Shown: positions 1 through 10,470 of the stretch, piece after piece
How the letters are laid out: each line of letters starts with the position of its first letter
How positions within the stretch are numbered: position 1 is the first letter of the stretch
Assembly (NCBI GenBank): GCA_032718475.1
Contig: JAUCBJ010006541.1
Coordinates: forward strand, 1 to 55,058
DNA: 55,058 nucleotides
From: Nemertoderma westbladi
Lineage: Eukaryota; Animalia; Xenacoelomorpha
Direction: 5' to 3'
The notes under the pieces: generated by a model
Databases searched by the model: none
What the model saw: the letters and a program-made list of their open reading frames with translations, nothing else
What the model was told of the DNA's origin: nothing
Position numbers and translations under genes: made by a program

Positions 1-1041
1 AAGTTTTGATTTGCGAAGCATTTTTATTGGTTTTCTGGAGCGCTGAATCGATTGAAAGTAATATAGAAGCCTGAAGACTTAGTGGTTCGCCATTTTTGGT
101 GCACCAAAATCAGGGCGTGGCACTTCAAATTTTGAAAAATACGAGATTCGGAAAATTCACTAAAGTTTTGATTTCAAATTCATTTCTATAGGTTTTCTGG
201 AGCGCTGAATCGATTGAAAGTAATATAGAAGCCTCAAAGCCTTGGTGTGCGTAATTTTCGGTGCACCAAAATTAGGGCGTGGCACTTCAAATTTTCAAAA
301 TTACTTTATTCGGAAAAAACACTAAAGTTTTGATTTCAAAAAATGGCTAACCTCTAAGTCTTCAGGCTTCTATATTACTTTCAATCGATTCAGCGGTCTG
401 GAAAACCTATATAAATGCGTTAAAATTTCAATTTTGGTTTATTTTTCACGATTATTTTTTTTTCAAAAATCGTATTAGTATTTTTCAAAATTTGAAGTGC
501 CACGCCCTAATTTTGGTGCACCAAAAATGGCGAACCACTCAGTCTTCAGGCTTCTATATTACTTTCAATCGATTCAGCGGCCCAGAATTCCCATAATGAT
601 GCGTTGAAATAAATAATATTAGGGGCATTTTCTGAATATCTAATTTTTCAAAATTTGAAGTGCCACGCCCACTTCTTAGGTGCACGAAAAATAGCATCCA
701 CTTCAATTTTTGGAAGTGGACTATAATCACATTCGATTCAGCGTCTTGTAAAACCTACTAAATCTAGCCAACACTGCCACACTATTTGTTTTTAGAAAAC
801 GAAAAATTTTGTAATTTTGTCCTGGGACTACTTTTATTTTTCATCAAAATTATGACTCCCTGCTTATGAAATTTTAACTTTTTAAGGTTTGGTAGTGTGC
901 ATCTATAGTTGTTTCACCAACAGCCCAAATTTTGTAGGATTTCATTGGACGACTACAAAAATATAGTGGGCGGGCCGAATCCCCCCCCCCCCCCCCCCCC
1001 CCAGTGGTGCTAATGGTCAAAACACCCCAGTGGTAATAGGG
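1..1041. mobile_element. Right-hand part of a non-autonomous piggyBac-type (TTAA) DNA element with internal direct and inverted ~160-bp repeats; left end lies outside the window
   Basis: Ends ...GGTAATAGGG followed by TTAA (1042-1045). Its reverse complement CCCTATTA matches the termini of the 9187-10470 element. The block TTTTCTGGAGCGCTGAATCGATTGAAAGTAATATAGAAGCCT..GGTGCACCAAAA..GGGCGTGGCACTTCAAATTT occurs twice forward (1-300) and then inverted (355-760). Confidence 0.65.
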
Positions 1042-1077
1042 TTAACATTGTTAATTCGCCAATATTATATATTAATT

Positions 1078-1134
1078 CGCGAGATTGGATTTGAGTCAAG
1101 TGTTGGGGGAACTTGACTCAAATCCCATCTCGCG
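1078..1134. repeat. 57-bp near-perfect hairpin (24-bp arms, 9-nt loop)
   Basis: CGCGAGATTGGATTTGAGTCAAGT / ACTTGACTCAAATCCCATCTCGCG pair at 23 of 24 positions. Confidence 0.85.
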
Positions 1135-2839
1135 GAGACAGGGGAGGGGGTCCCCTGTTTACAACTAATCAGTAAGAGAGGCTCCCTCCCAGCCATACAT
1201 ATGACCCTCGGGTGCCCTCCAGTGTGGTTTCTAATAATTCCAAATTAAAACACTAAATCAAAATAAACATCTGAGTTGTAGTCAAAATATTGAACTGAGA
1301 GGTATTGAGCCACGTTTCAGCACCGGTACCGGTCAAGAAACGAATTTCAATTAGCATCCGGCTAAGTAGCTGTTTCACTAGACAAAATTCCAGCTTTCCG
1401 GCTTTCAACTTTCAAATAAAAGATATAACGTAGGATAGAACTTTTGAAAATTGACTGTTTATGTGAACGTTTCCATTGCTTATTAGGCTACAATGTTTTA
1501 TATCTTTTAGTCTCTCCTTTCTTTTTGATTTCGATTTTAACACTACTATCTTATTACAATTGATTTGAACTAGTCGCTCTTATTCCATTATATTTTTAAA
1601 AATCACCTGATGCAACTCACCAAATTTTATTGATTATTATTCCCTTCGTTCACTATCTAAGGTACATATGATGGACAACACTGGAGCCCTTTGGATTTGT
1701 AAATGGCAGCATAGGACGGTACAGAGTGTAGATAATGAATGGGAATGCCTTTGTAGCACCTCCTTGTTGGGCCTTACTTGTGGTCCATTAGCTCTCAAAT
1801 CAGGTCGATGGAGGAGGAGGTAGGTGCTATCGGCTTTAAGGAGGAGGTATGTGTTATCGGCTTTAAGTGGAGCGATAATTATTAGTAATGGAAATTTCAC
1901 TTTTGAAAGCTGATAACGTAACAAGGTTCGTACTGGAATTATTATACAAATTTGACACTATGTGACACACCTCTTTGCTCTTTTACAATGGTAAGCCATA
2001 TAAAATAGCCTAGCGCAGATGCAGAACCATGCAACTTAGAACTTACTAACGCTGATATCCCATATATGCCAGCTATTAATTCTCGAACTAAATTCAAGCT
2101 GCTGATCGCAATTAAATTGTGTTTTACAAATTGTTTATAAAAAGTAAGGCTGCCCACACAGAAACGCATGCTCTACCGCTGCCGAAAAACCTTAAACTTG
2201 AGGGAACAATTAGTTGAGGGATGAATTACATGATAAATGTTTAATGTAAAAATGGTTTTGATATTTAACAAATTGCAACCATACATTCAATAAATAAATA
2301 TTTTTTTCAATATTTTGTATATGTAAATTCTTAAAAGATTTTGTATGATCATTCTATGATCGTAGCAGATTTACAATGTATTATGATCAGTGCAGATGAA
2401 TCAAGCACATAGCATGATCCGTATAGATCTTGGCAGATTCGTAAAGTCGCTAGTCTAGGGGATAATTACTATTATTAAGTAATACGGTGGATGGAAGTAA
2501 ATGTGGATTGGGTGAGTTAGGCCCAATCTCCGGTAGTGTTGTGGTACGCTGGGCATCATCAGTGGTCATGAGAATGCGGTTAATTGTGTGGGTTTGGGCC
2601 GGACCTGCAGTGCAATGGGACATGACTGTGCAATCAATTATATTATTTAAATACTCTATATTTACTTATTTTCTGTATACCGAATAATATGAATAATATA
2701 ATTATTATGTTTATTTGTTAGCTTATTGGAAATTATCTAAAGGAACTACCAAATATAAAGTAAATTCAATAACATTATTGGGATTACAGCAGTTTCCACA
2801 TATATAAATTATATATTCATGACATGTAGTATAATCGCT

Positions 2840-3027
2840 ATCGCTTCTCGGCCTTTTGGCTAAGATCATGTGTAGTATCTGTTCTTGTCAGCTTAATATC
2901 TGGCACACTGCTCACTGAGCAGTTCCAATATTAAACTGATTTTTGCAGTGCGGCTGTGAGTAAGGGGCTTGCTCCACTCCAGCCACGGGTTGGCCTGGTA
3001 TTGCACTGCCTCCAGGTCCGGCCCACA
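2840..3027 (+). ncRNA. U2: U2 spliceosomal snRNA
   Basis: Starts ATCGCTTCTCGGCCTTTTGGCTAAGATC and contains the branch-site-pairing GTGTAGTATCTGTTCT. Stem IIa TGTCAG/CTGGCA, stem IIb CTGCTC/GAGCAG, Sm site GATTTTTG, stem-loop IV CCTGG-TATTGCACTGCCT-CCAGG. Length is about 188 nt. Confidence 0.97.
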
Positions 3028-3060
3028 CCCACCTTTTCGGTGGGTGTCACAATAAAAAGA
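3025..3060 (+). promoter_or_regulatory. Hairpin and possible snRNA 3' box downstream of U2
   Basis: Perfect 9-bp stem ACACCCACC-TTTTC-GGTGGGTGT (3025-3047), overlapped by GTCACAATAAAAAGA, which loosely fits the GTYYN..AAARNYAGA 3' box. Confidence 0.4.
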
Positions 3061-3159
3061 TGAATGACATGACATCTACTGCAATTTAACACGTTTTTAA
3101 ATAAAACACTACAATTAACTATCAGCAGTCACACATTGATGCCGACACCAGACTTTGGT

Positions 3160-3428
3160 TTTGTAGACAAAGCAAACAGTCGACCGGAGGCGACCTGAAT
3201 GCTTCTCTCGTCTCTCGAGAGAAGCTACCCAAGGGGAAGGGTGGGCGCTACTCCTATCTGCTACCCGAGGGTAGGGGTGGGCGCTACTCCTAACCCAAGA
3301 TTTGCTCCCAGTTATTTAACTGGTACTCGTTTTATCGACCCCAGTGGATGAAAATTCTGAGTGGACCCTGGCGGGGCTGAACCTACAACCAATAGATTGC
3401 AGGCCCGGCGCTCAGCCAACTGAGCTAG
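3160..3428 (-). mobile_element. tRNA-derived SINE with a Meta/Sauria-like central domain (3' boundary approximate)
   Basis: The minus strand starts CTAGCTCAGTTGG (A box) ... GGTTCAGCCCC (B-box-like). It continues GGGTCCACTCAGAATTTTCATCCACTGGGGTCGATAAAACGAGTACC, which resembles the conserved GGTCGACTCAGCCTTCCATCC..GGTCGATAAAATGAGTACC SINE domain. Confidence 0.7.
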
Positions 3429-3569
3429 ATTTTGTAATATCACTGAAATGTACGAGCCTTACTTACACGGATGGGTTAGGTCAACCGCAAGAGACCTGTT
3501 GTCCTCTCCCAATTTACCTTCATTATTCCTTCATTTAATAAATAATTGTATCATTGATTGAATGAATAT

Positions 3570-3900
3570 GAATACAACTATCTTGAGCTGCCTTGGCCGA
3601 TCATTTAATTGAACGGACAATTGTTTAATTTGCTAATGCCCTCTTATTCTGGTACTTTAGCAGAATCGTGTGTTACATTCCCTGCTGTGTTGAATGTGTG
3701 CACAACCTACGCATCATAACATACCACACCACTCGCCATCAATCATTCCCAATGAGGTTGACTGCTTCCTAAAAACTGAGCAAAGTTCCTGGGCGCGATT
3801 GCTACGTACCTCCGGTATGTTAATACAGCTTGAATTAAGTGGATGGCCGCTCTTCCTGGCCTGATTTAGATATGTCGATGCACCTTGCAAAATAGCTGAA
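3570..3900 (-). mobile_element. Possible highly decayed RTE endonuclease N-terminal fragment
   Basis: The minus-strand peptide SCINI..RSNRAQELCSVFRKQSTSLGMID loosely resembles the start of an RTE APE domain (xNVRTL..EL..DI.GIQE). GC is elevated relative to the flanks. Confidence 0.3.
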
Positions 3901-4924
3901 AACCCGTGTAGATTAGAGCCTGGAGGTCCCTTTGTTGCACCGACTGAATAATTTTCTATTGGTGGGATCACAAGGCCAACACAGACAGCTGCTAAACGGT
4001 AGGCTCTGACTCGACGGCATTGGTGATTCAATTACTGGCCGCCACCACAACTAAAACCCTTGGCGATGTTTCTTGGTTCTCAAAGCCAACACTTGTAATA
4101 ATCACATTTCCTCTCACAATAAGTAAGTGCATGATAACTGCCAAGAATAGGTATCATGGATATGTTTACCATCATTAATTACCGCTTAGTACAATACATA
4201 GAAAGATAAATACTTCCATGCATGCAAATTAGCTTTTATTTTCATAATTTTGCCTGCCAAATGCAGCTGTGATATGTATTGTATATAGTTAATACAGTAT
4301 GTTAACATATGTTAATACGACATATTAACAGTCCGTTGACTATTTACGTTTGTTTTTACAATCGTGTGCTTTATACACTGCAGAAGGTATATAAATAACT
4401 TTACAGTTTTAATGATGTGATCAATTTGTTTGATGAATTGCATATTTTTGGTCAAATAATTTTCTCAAATAGTAACCTTCAAAAAATTTATGACAAATTA
4501 ATTATTATTATTAATTCTGATTTATGATTATATAATATTAATATTAATTATTGGTTATATTAGGGTAGACCCGCAGGTAAGTAATTCTTCGAGGAGTATA
4601 TGCAGTAGCTTACTTCAGGTGTGCTGAATCCAGTGGTGCCGAACGTTTTTCCCTCCACTTTACCACACACATCAAGCTATGGTATGCAAATAACCCGAAA
4701 TCAAACAATATCTGAAGGTAAATTTATTCTAGGAGGCAGTTGCCGAAGCAATAATGCGGCTCCTACTGCGCTATACTGCAGAAGACGTGCGAAGAGGGAC
4801 AGTGGATCCTTAAAGGATTTCTGCTTCTTCATATTCATGGTTGCCGCAATTTAGTTTTCCCAAGTCCTGTAGCGAGAAAAGTAGATCTGGTATGACCTCG
4901 AATTTACTTCAAAGTCTTTTGTAC

Positions 4925-5480
4925 GGTTCCATCATGGATGTGGATGGATCCATCATGGATGTTGGACGGATCCACCATTGATGTGGACGGATCCATCATG
5001 GATGTGGACGGATCCATCATGGATGTGGAGGGATCCATCATGGATGTTGGACGGATCCATCATGGATGTGGACGGATCCATCATGAATGTGGACGGATCC
5101 ATCATGGATGTGGACTGATCCATCATGGATGTTGGACGGATCCATCATGGATGTGGACGGATCCCTCATGGATGTGGACGGATCCATCATGGATGTGGAC
5201 GGATCCATCATGGATGTTGGACGGATCCATCATGGATGTGGACGGATTCATCATGGATGTTGGACGGATCCATCATGGATGTGGACGGATCCATCATGGA
5301 TGTTGGACGGATCCATCATGGATGTGGACGGATCCATCATGGATGTTGGACGGATCCATCATGAATATGGACGGATCCATCATGGATGTGAACGGATCCA
5401 TCATGGATGTTGGACGGATCCATCATGGATGTGGACGGATCCATCATGGATGTGGACGGATCCATCATGCATCATGGATG
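4925..5480. repeat. 21/22-bp minisatellite (GGACGGATCCATCATGGATGT[T]), about 25 copies
   Basis: Directly visible tandem units. Each contains GGATCC and the inverted repeat ATCCAT-C-ATGGAT. This array explains the repetitive ORFs at 4938-5543. Confidence 0.95.
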
Positions 5481-6070
5481 TTCTTATTTCTCACGTGTGT
5501 TTGTTTGTGTGTTTTGTTTGTACACAGAACTTCTAGCACTTAATGTTGATGGAATTGTATGAAACTTTGATGATAGGTTCATTATCGGACCTAGTTGCGT
5601 ATGCAAGGTTTTGGTTGCTAGGGACCTGTTGGTTGCCTAGCAACAGTCAAATTAATTCTTGAATGACCGATCAGAATCGTCGAATTCAATTAATAAAAAT
5701 TCTGTAGACACCCCATAGGGAGTATCTATTGGACATGCTTTCTAAAAAATTTCGCTTTATTTCGTTCAGAATTGTAGGGGAAGATATATTTCTTACTAAC
5801 AGTATTTTTGTAAGTTTTTTTTAACGTACAATATATAGGCTACTACATTGTGTACTTCGCCCAATGTTTCGTTTTTCGTTATTAGGCTTCCCTGCATAGG
5901 CGCGTAATTTATTACAACAATAATAATTGTGTTGTACAGACTGAACTTTGCCCTGTTTCGTTTTGCGTTTTTCGTTATTAGGCTGCCCTGCATAGGCGCG
6001 TATATTATTATGACAATATTGGTAGCAATGGATCCGTCCATTATTGCCAGCTATCAGCTGACAAACTTGT
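4925..6070 (+). mobile_element. Helentron/DINE-like non-autonomous rolling-circle element (HINE-type)
   Basis: The 5' sub-terminal motif TGGACGGATCCAT has its exact reverse complement ATGGATCCGTCCA at 6028-6040. That is followed by a stem-loop TTGCCAGCT-ATC-AGCTGACAA (6044-6064) and the terminus ACTTGT. A GTTT-like microsatellite lies near the 5' end and an internal duplication at 5865-6015. Confidence 0.6.
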
Positions 6071-6379
6071 ACTTCTCTGTTTGTCATATGTTGTCTGGAA
6101 AATGATGTTTATTGCATCCATGAGAAATCTCCTGTATCAACCATTAATTCCTTGTTCAAGTTTGTCAGTGTCCGCAGGTCTAACCCCCTTATACTTTTTC
6201 CACTGGGCTCGAAATCACTTGGTCTTCAGGTGACGGCAGAGATCTGATTTCCAGATGGCATCCATTTATGATAGAGCTCATGCCTACGATTTCCTAACTT
6301 CTATGTCTTTTCTGTCTATCAAGAACCCAAGAAGTTATCTACATTCTTTAGTTGATTATTATTGATTGTGGTGAGGCTT

Positions 6380-7102
6380 ACTACTAGGATCGGCATGCTG
6401 CATTGCAGCTGCATTTTAAGAATGCTGTGCCGGCTTGTCAACAAAATTGCACCGCCACAACTCCCTATCAACCATGACATTTGCTAGATCATCCGCATCT
6501 TCAAGGCCAGTGTCCTTTAAGATTCGTCTCAAGAAAGTCATGGGCTGTCCACCATGCTTATTCACTCCATGAGGCTGCCAAAGTACAAGATTATGCACTG
6601 GCTGGTCCTCACGGCGAAAGCAATGTCCTGCAAAGCGGAGGCGATTTTGTTCTAGTGTCAAGCTTGGGGGAACCAATGAGACACCTCCAATGTTATACAG
6701 TGTCTGGTTGGAGATGTGTGCATTGTACTTGACACAATGAACCCGGCGTAGCATTCTTGTGAATGTGCCATCCAGAGATTTGGTGTCCTCAGCAGTTAGA
6801 ACCCAGCATGGACTCCCGTAGAGGAGTACTGGAACTACTGCTGCTCTAAATAATCGGACCTCAAGTTTCCGATTAATTCTCGGTGACTTCCAAATCCTGG
6901 AAAGCCTATTCAAGGCTGCCCATGCCTTTCCCTTACGTATTCGAAGGTCCTCACCTGACTTCCGGATCCATGATCCCAGGTAACAGAAGTCGTCCACTTG
7001 CTCAAGCATACCATCCTTTGAGCTTATGCTCATCCGATCAGAGACTTGCTGAGGACTTTCAAAGTTAACTGTCAAAATTTTGGTCTTTCTGGAGTTAATA
7101 AA
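6380..7102 (-). mobile_element. 5'-truncated RTE LINE family B (RT C-terminal region plus (TAG)n tail)
   Basis: ORF 6416-7075 contains DDFCYLGSWI, VLLYGS, LDGTFTRMLRR and RLRFAGHCFR. It is near-identical to 20847-21575 and ends in CTACTA repeats. Confidence 0.92.
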
Positions 7103-9186
7103 ATTATTAGATTATCATTAAAGTCATTCTTTCGGTTTTGGTATCATTTATATGCAATACAATTTACTTCGTATCCCTTTCCACGTAGTAGTACAAGTAC
7201 ATTAGAGGTTGGACCCATGTGAAGTAGTCTTTGAAGACTTTCTGCTGTTATATTTCACATTCATCGGTCATGGTTGTGAAGAATACCAGATTTTAACTAA
7301 AAAACAGGCAGAAGGGTTGAATCTCGCTAAAAAAATTACAAATTCTTCATATATAAATTTTCAATGAAATTCCAACCGAAAAGTGAAAACCTTGTATTCT
7401 TCACATTATTGGCGAACTTGTAATATGAGTAGTAGTAGTGTTTGTAGTAGTAGTAGTAGTAGTAGTAGTGTTTGCCCTCATTGCACAATCCAATACAATT
7501 ATACAAATCATTTGAGCCAATCTGCTTGCATTACCTTAGCAAAGGTTGTTAAGAATTCAGTTTCACACTGGTCAGAGTACTTTGAGCTTCTGTGTCACAA
7601 TATACCCAAATGCTAGTAACAATTATTTGGTACTGGTATTCCATAAGCTCTAAGGATTTCCTTCAAACAATATCCGTAGCGGTCCAATTATATTTCTTTT
7701 ATATATATTTCATGTAACAGGTCTTAGTCTTAGAGTTGCGCGCAGCATCTTTTCTACCATATTATGTATAATGAAAGTATAACTTGACATGATCAATTGA
7801 GTAATAGTAATAAGTCGGCACAATATCCGTACAGGCACGCCATGCGGCCTAGGCTTGTATATATTAATTTAATCTAATATAATGCCTATGCTATATTGCA
7901 GTTCAACAGAACGCTATCTGAATTCTAAAGTACCTCCTGAATTCCCTCAGTTAGTTGTTAAGTAAGCCAAATAATCTTGCTGCAGTCACTTATTTTAATC
8001 TACGGCGCCCGAGTTCCAAGTTACAGTTGCACAAAGTGCTGGTATCACGCACAATTCAAGGCAAGGACCAGGGTAGCCAGATAGCACCATAGCAGTAGTC
8101 ATACACCTGCGAGCATATATCTTGTCTATCTATGTTAAGGAATGCTATGCTAATATAGATATATATAAGTGGAGCAGAGGAATGCAATGTATATTGCTAC
8201 TACACACACGCCCAAGGTGGGGGGTGGGTGGGGGTGTGTGTGGGGGGGGGGGGGGGGGTGGGGGTGTGTGTGTGTGTGCCTAGGTCATCCTATAAGAAAA
8301 CTGACTACCTAACAATTCTCCAAGCTACGGATTCCAATTCTTAAAATTTCCCAGATTTAGAATGAAAGAATTAGTATTTATCAACATTACTGATGCAAAC
8401 AAATAATAAGTATTACTTCTTGTTAATCATTTAGTAATTCTTGCTTGACCAACTAATAAATAAAGGTCACCACGGTATTGGCTGAATTTATGTTTAGAAA
8501 TAATTATTATTGACATCACCTCTCCGCCCTGCACATTAGATGACCCCAAAAAATCGATATTCCTTGCTATAAGCAAATATATCTTCAATTTTAGATTCTA
8601 ATTTAATTGATGCATTAACCATATAAGGATATTTCACGGCACTGGGTATATTCTACAACAAATAATTGCCTTCAATCTATACAAACAATATCCTCGTGGC
8701 AATCACGTAGCAATATAATACAATATAAAAAATAAATAAAAAATAAGAGCTTCTGAGATTTAGTTGGTATTTTTAATCTTTACCATAAAACTAATTATTT
8801 TTAATTTTAAATTACGGATGTGACATACATTTGAGAGTGCAGTTATCGGTATGTATGCTGCCTGTGTTGAAATACTGCACTATCGCTTTCAATTCTATTC
8901 TATAATCACTAATTTATAAAAAGATAACTCTACAACATAACTTTTAAATAAAGTTGATTCCACCCTTACCCTCCACCCTTAGCCTCCACACTTAGCCTTT
9001 CTATTTTCTGACAATTTATATAATCTTTATATTCTAGGAAAACTAAATCTAATTAATTATTTAATATCTAGTATTAATCAAAACTAATTACCTTAATGAG
9101 TTTTCCTGAAAGTATAGTGACATTACAGCAGTGAAACATTATTGAAAAAGCGTGTTTCCAATTTATGATAATTTTTAGCCCTTTAA

Positions 9187-10470
9187 CCCTATTAGTACCG
9201 GGCTATAAAATTTTGCTGATATTTTGCTGCACCAAAATTACAAGTAGTGAACAATTTTCATAAAATTTTAAAGTTATTTTCGGCTAATCGTTTTTCAATA
9301 CAAGTTTTCTGGTGCGCAATACCCATGGGAAAGTGTTTAAAAATGATTTGATTACTATAAATGGCTGTTTTAGTCCTCTACTTAGGCAAAGGATGAAAAA
9401 AAAAACAAGTAACCAGCACTTTTCAGTTTGAACACAATTTTTTTAATTCACTTATAGGATACTATATAACCAATTTTAGTTTTTCTGGGGCGCTGATTCT
9501 AATGGAATACATTATTCTAATTTGCCAGATCATTGCTAATCGTATTTTTCGGCATAATATGGCAAATTTTGGTGCTAGCACCAAATTTCGTACCCATCAC
9601 CAAAATCTACAAGTTTGAGATGTCCAGTGCGGTTTTTATTGAATCCATCGGATTCTGGACCCCGATAAATCCGTATAACGCAAGAATCAAGATGATACTA
9701 TATCTATTGATAAATTTGCTTATTTTCAAAATTTGGTGCTAGCGCCAAATTTTGCACCCACTTCCGAAAAATACAAGTTTGAGATGTCTAGTTAGATAAT
9801 TATTTATTCCATTGAATTCAGAACCGCCATAAATTATTTATTCCATTGAATTCAGAACCGCCATAAACCTCTAAAACATGAGAAATAAGTTGTAAGAATT
9901 GAATATTTAACAATTTAATGGATTTTCAAAATTTCGTGCTGACACCAAATTTTGCACACCCCGCCGAAAAATACAAGTTTGTTACTCCTGGTGCAACTCG
10001 TATATTTTTCATCGAAATCAGAACCCCAAAAAACCCCTAATTGCGCAAAAAACAGGTTCAAACAATCAATTTACAAACTTGACATATTTCAAAATTTGGT
10101 GCTGGCACCAAAATTGGCACTCGCCGAAAAAAACAAGTTTGAAATTTCTAAATTTATTTAGATGAATTCCATCTAATTGCAAACACCAAAAAACCGGTGT
10201 AAATGAAAAGTAGATATGTTACAAATCATATTTAATGAAATGTAATTTTCAAAAAACGCCTCAAAAAAAGTGCCAAAAGTAGAGTTAAAAAATGGTGCTA
10301 TAACTCGAAAAGTTTTCCCAATATTTTTAAAACCGTTTTCACTATTAGGAAGACAAAAGATTTTTAGGAAAAGTCACAAAATTTCAGATTCCCCACTGCG
10401 TTTATTTCAGAGTTATAACAAAAAAATCGATTTATATTGAACCCCCCACACCCCCTCGGGTTTAATAGGG
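9187..10470. mobile_element. Complete non-autonomous piggyBac-type element
   Basis: TTAA(9183-9186)|CCCTATTA... and ...TAATAGGG|TTAA(10471-10474). It has no ORF, and four internal repeats centred on the palindrome AAATTTGGTGCTAGCACCAAATTT. Confidence 0.75.

Larger units (their letters stand above)
4785..7660 (-). mobile_element. Old decayed copy of RTE LINE family A, interrupted by two younger insertions
   Basis: Pieces align in order with 22900-23915. 4785-4915 contains AGTAGATCTGGTATGACCTCG, 6100-6375 contains GAGATCTGATTTCCAGATGG, 7110-7200 contains CATTTATATGCAAT, and 7633-7660 contains CTGGTATTCCATAAGCTCT. Confidence 0.7.

Noticed and set aside
4938-5543. ORFs with WMWTDPS / GRIHHGC repeats; palindromic repeat superficially CRISPR-like
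   Set aside because: These are translations of a 21/22-bp tandem repeat. There are no unique spacers and no cas genes, and the context is eukaryotic.
8217-8278. Poly-G/GT tract (and the poly-C/G runs at about 981, 25723, 28663, 46371, 47978) as functional G-quadruplexes
   Set aside because: Homopolymer runs recur throughout the window, at least one inside a TE end. Nothing in the sequence supports a specific function.
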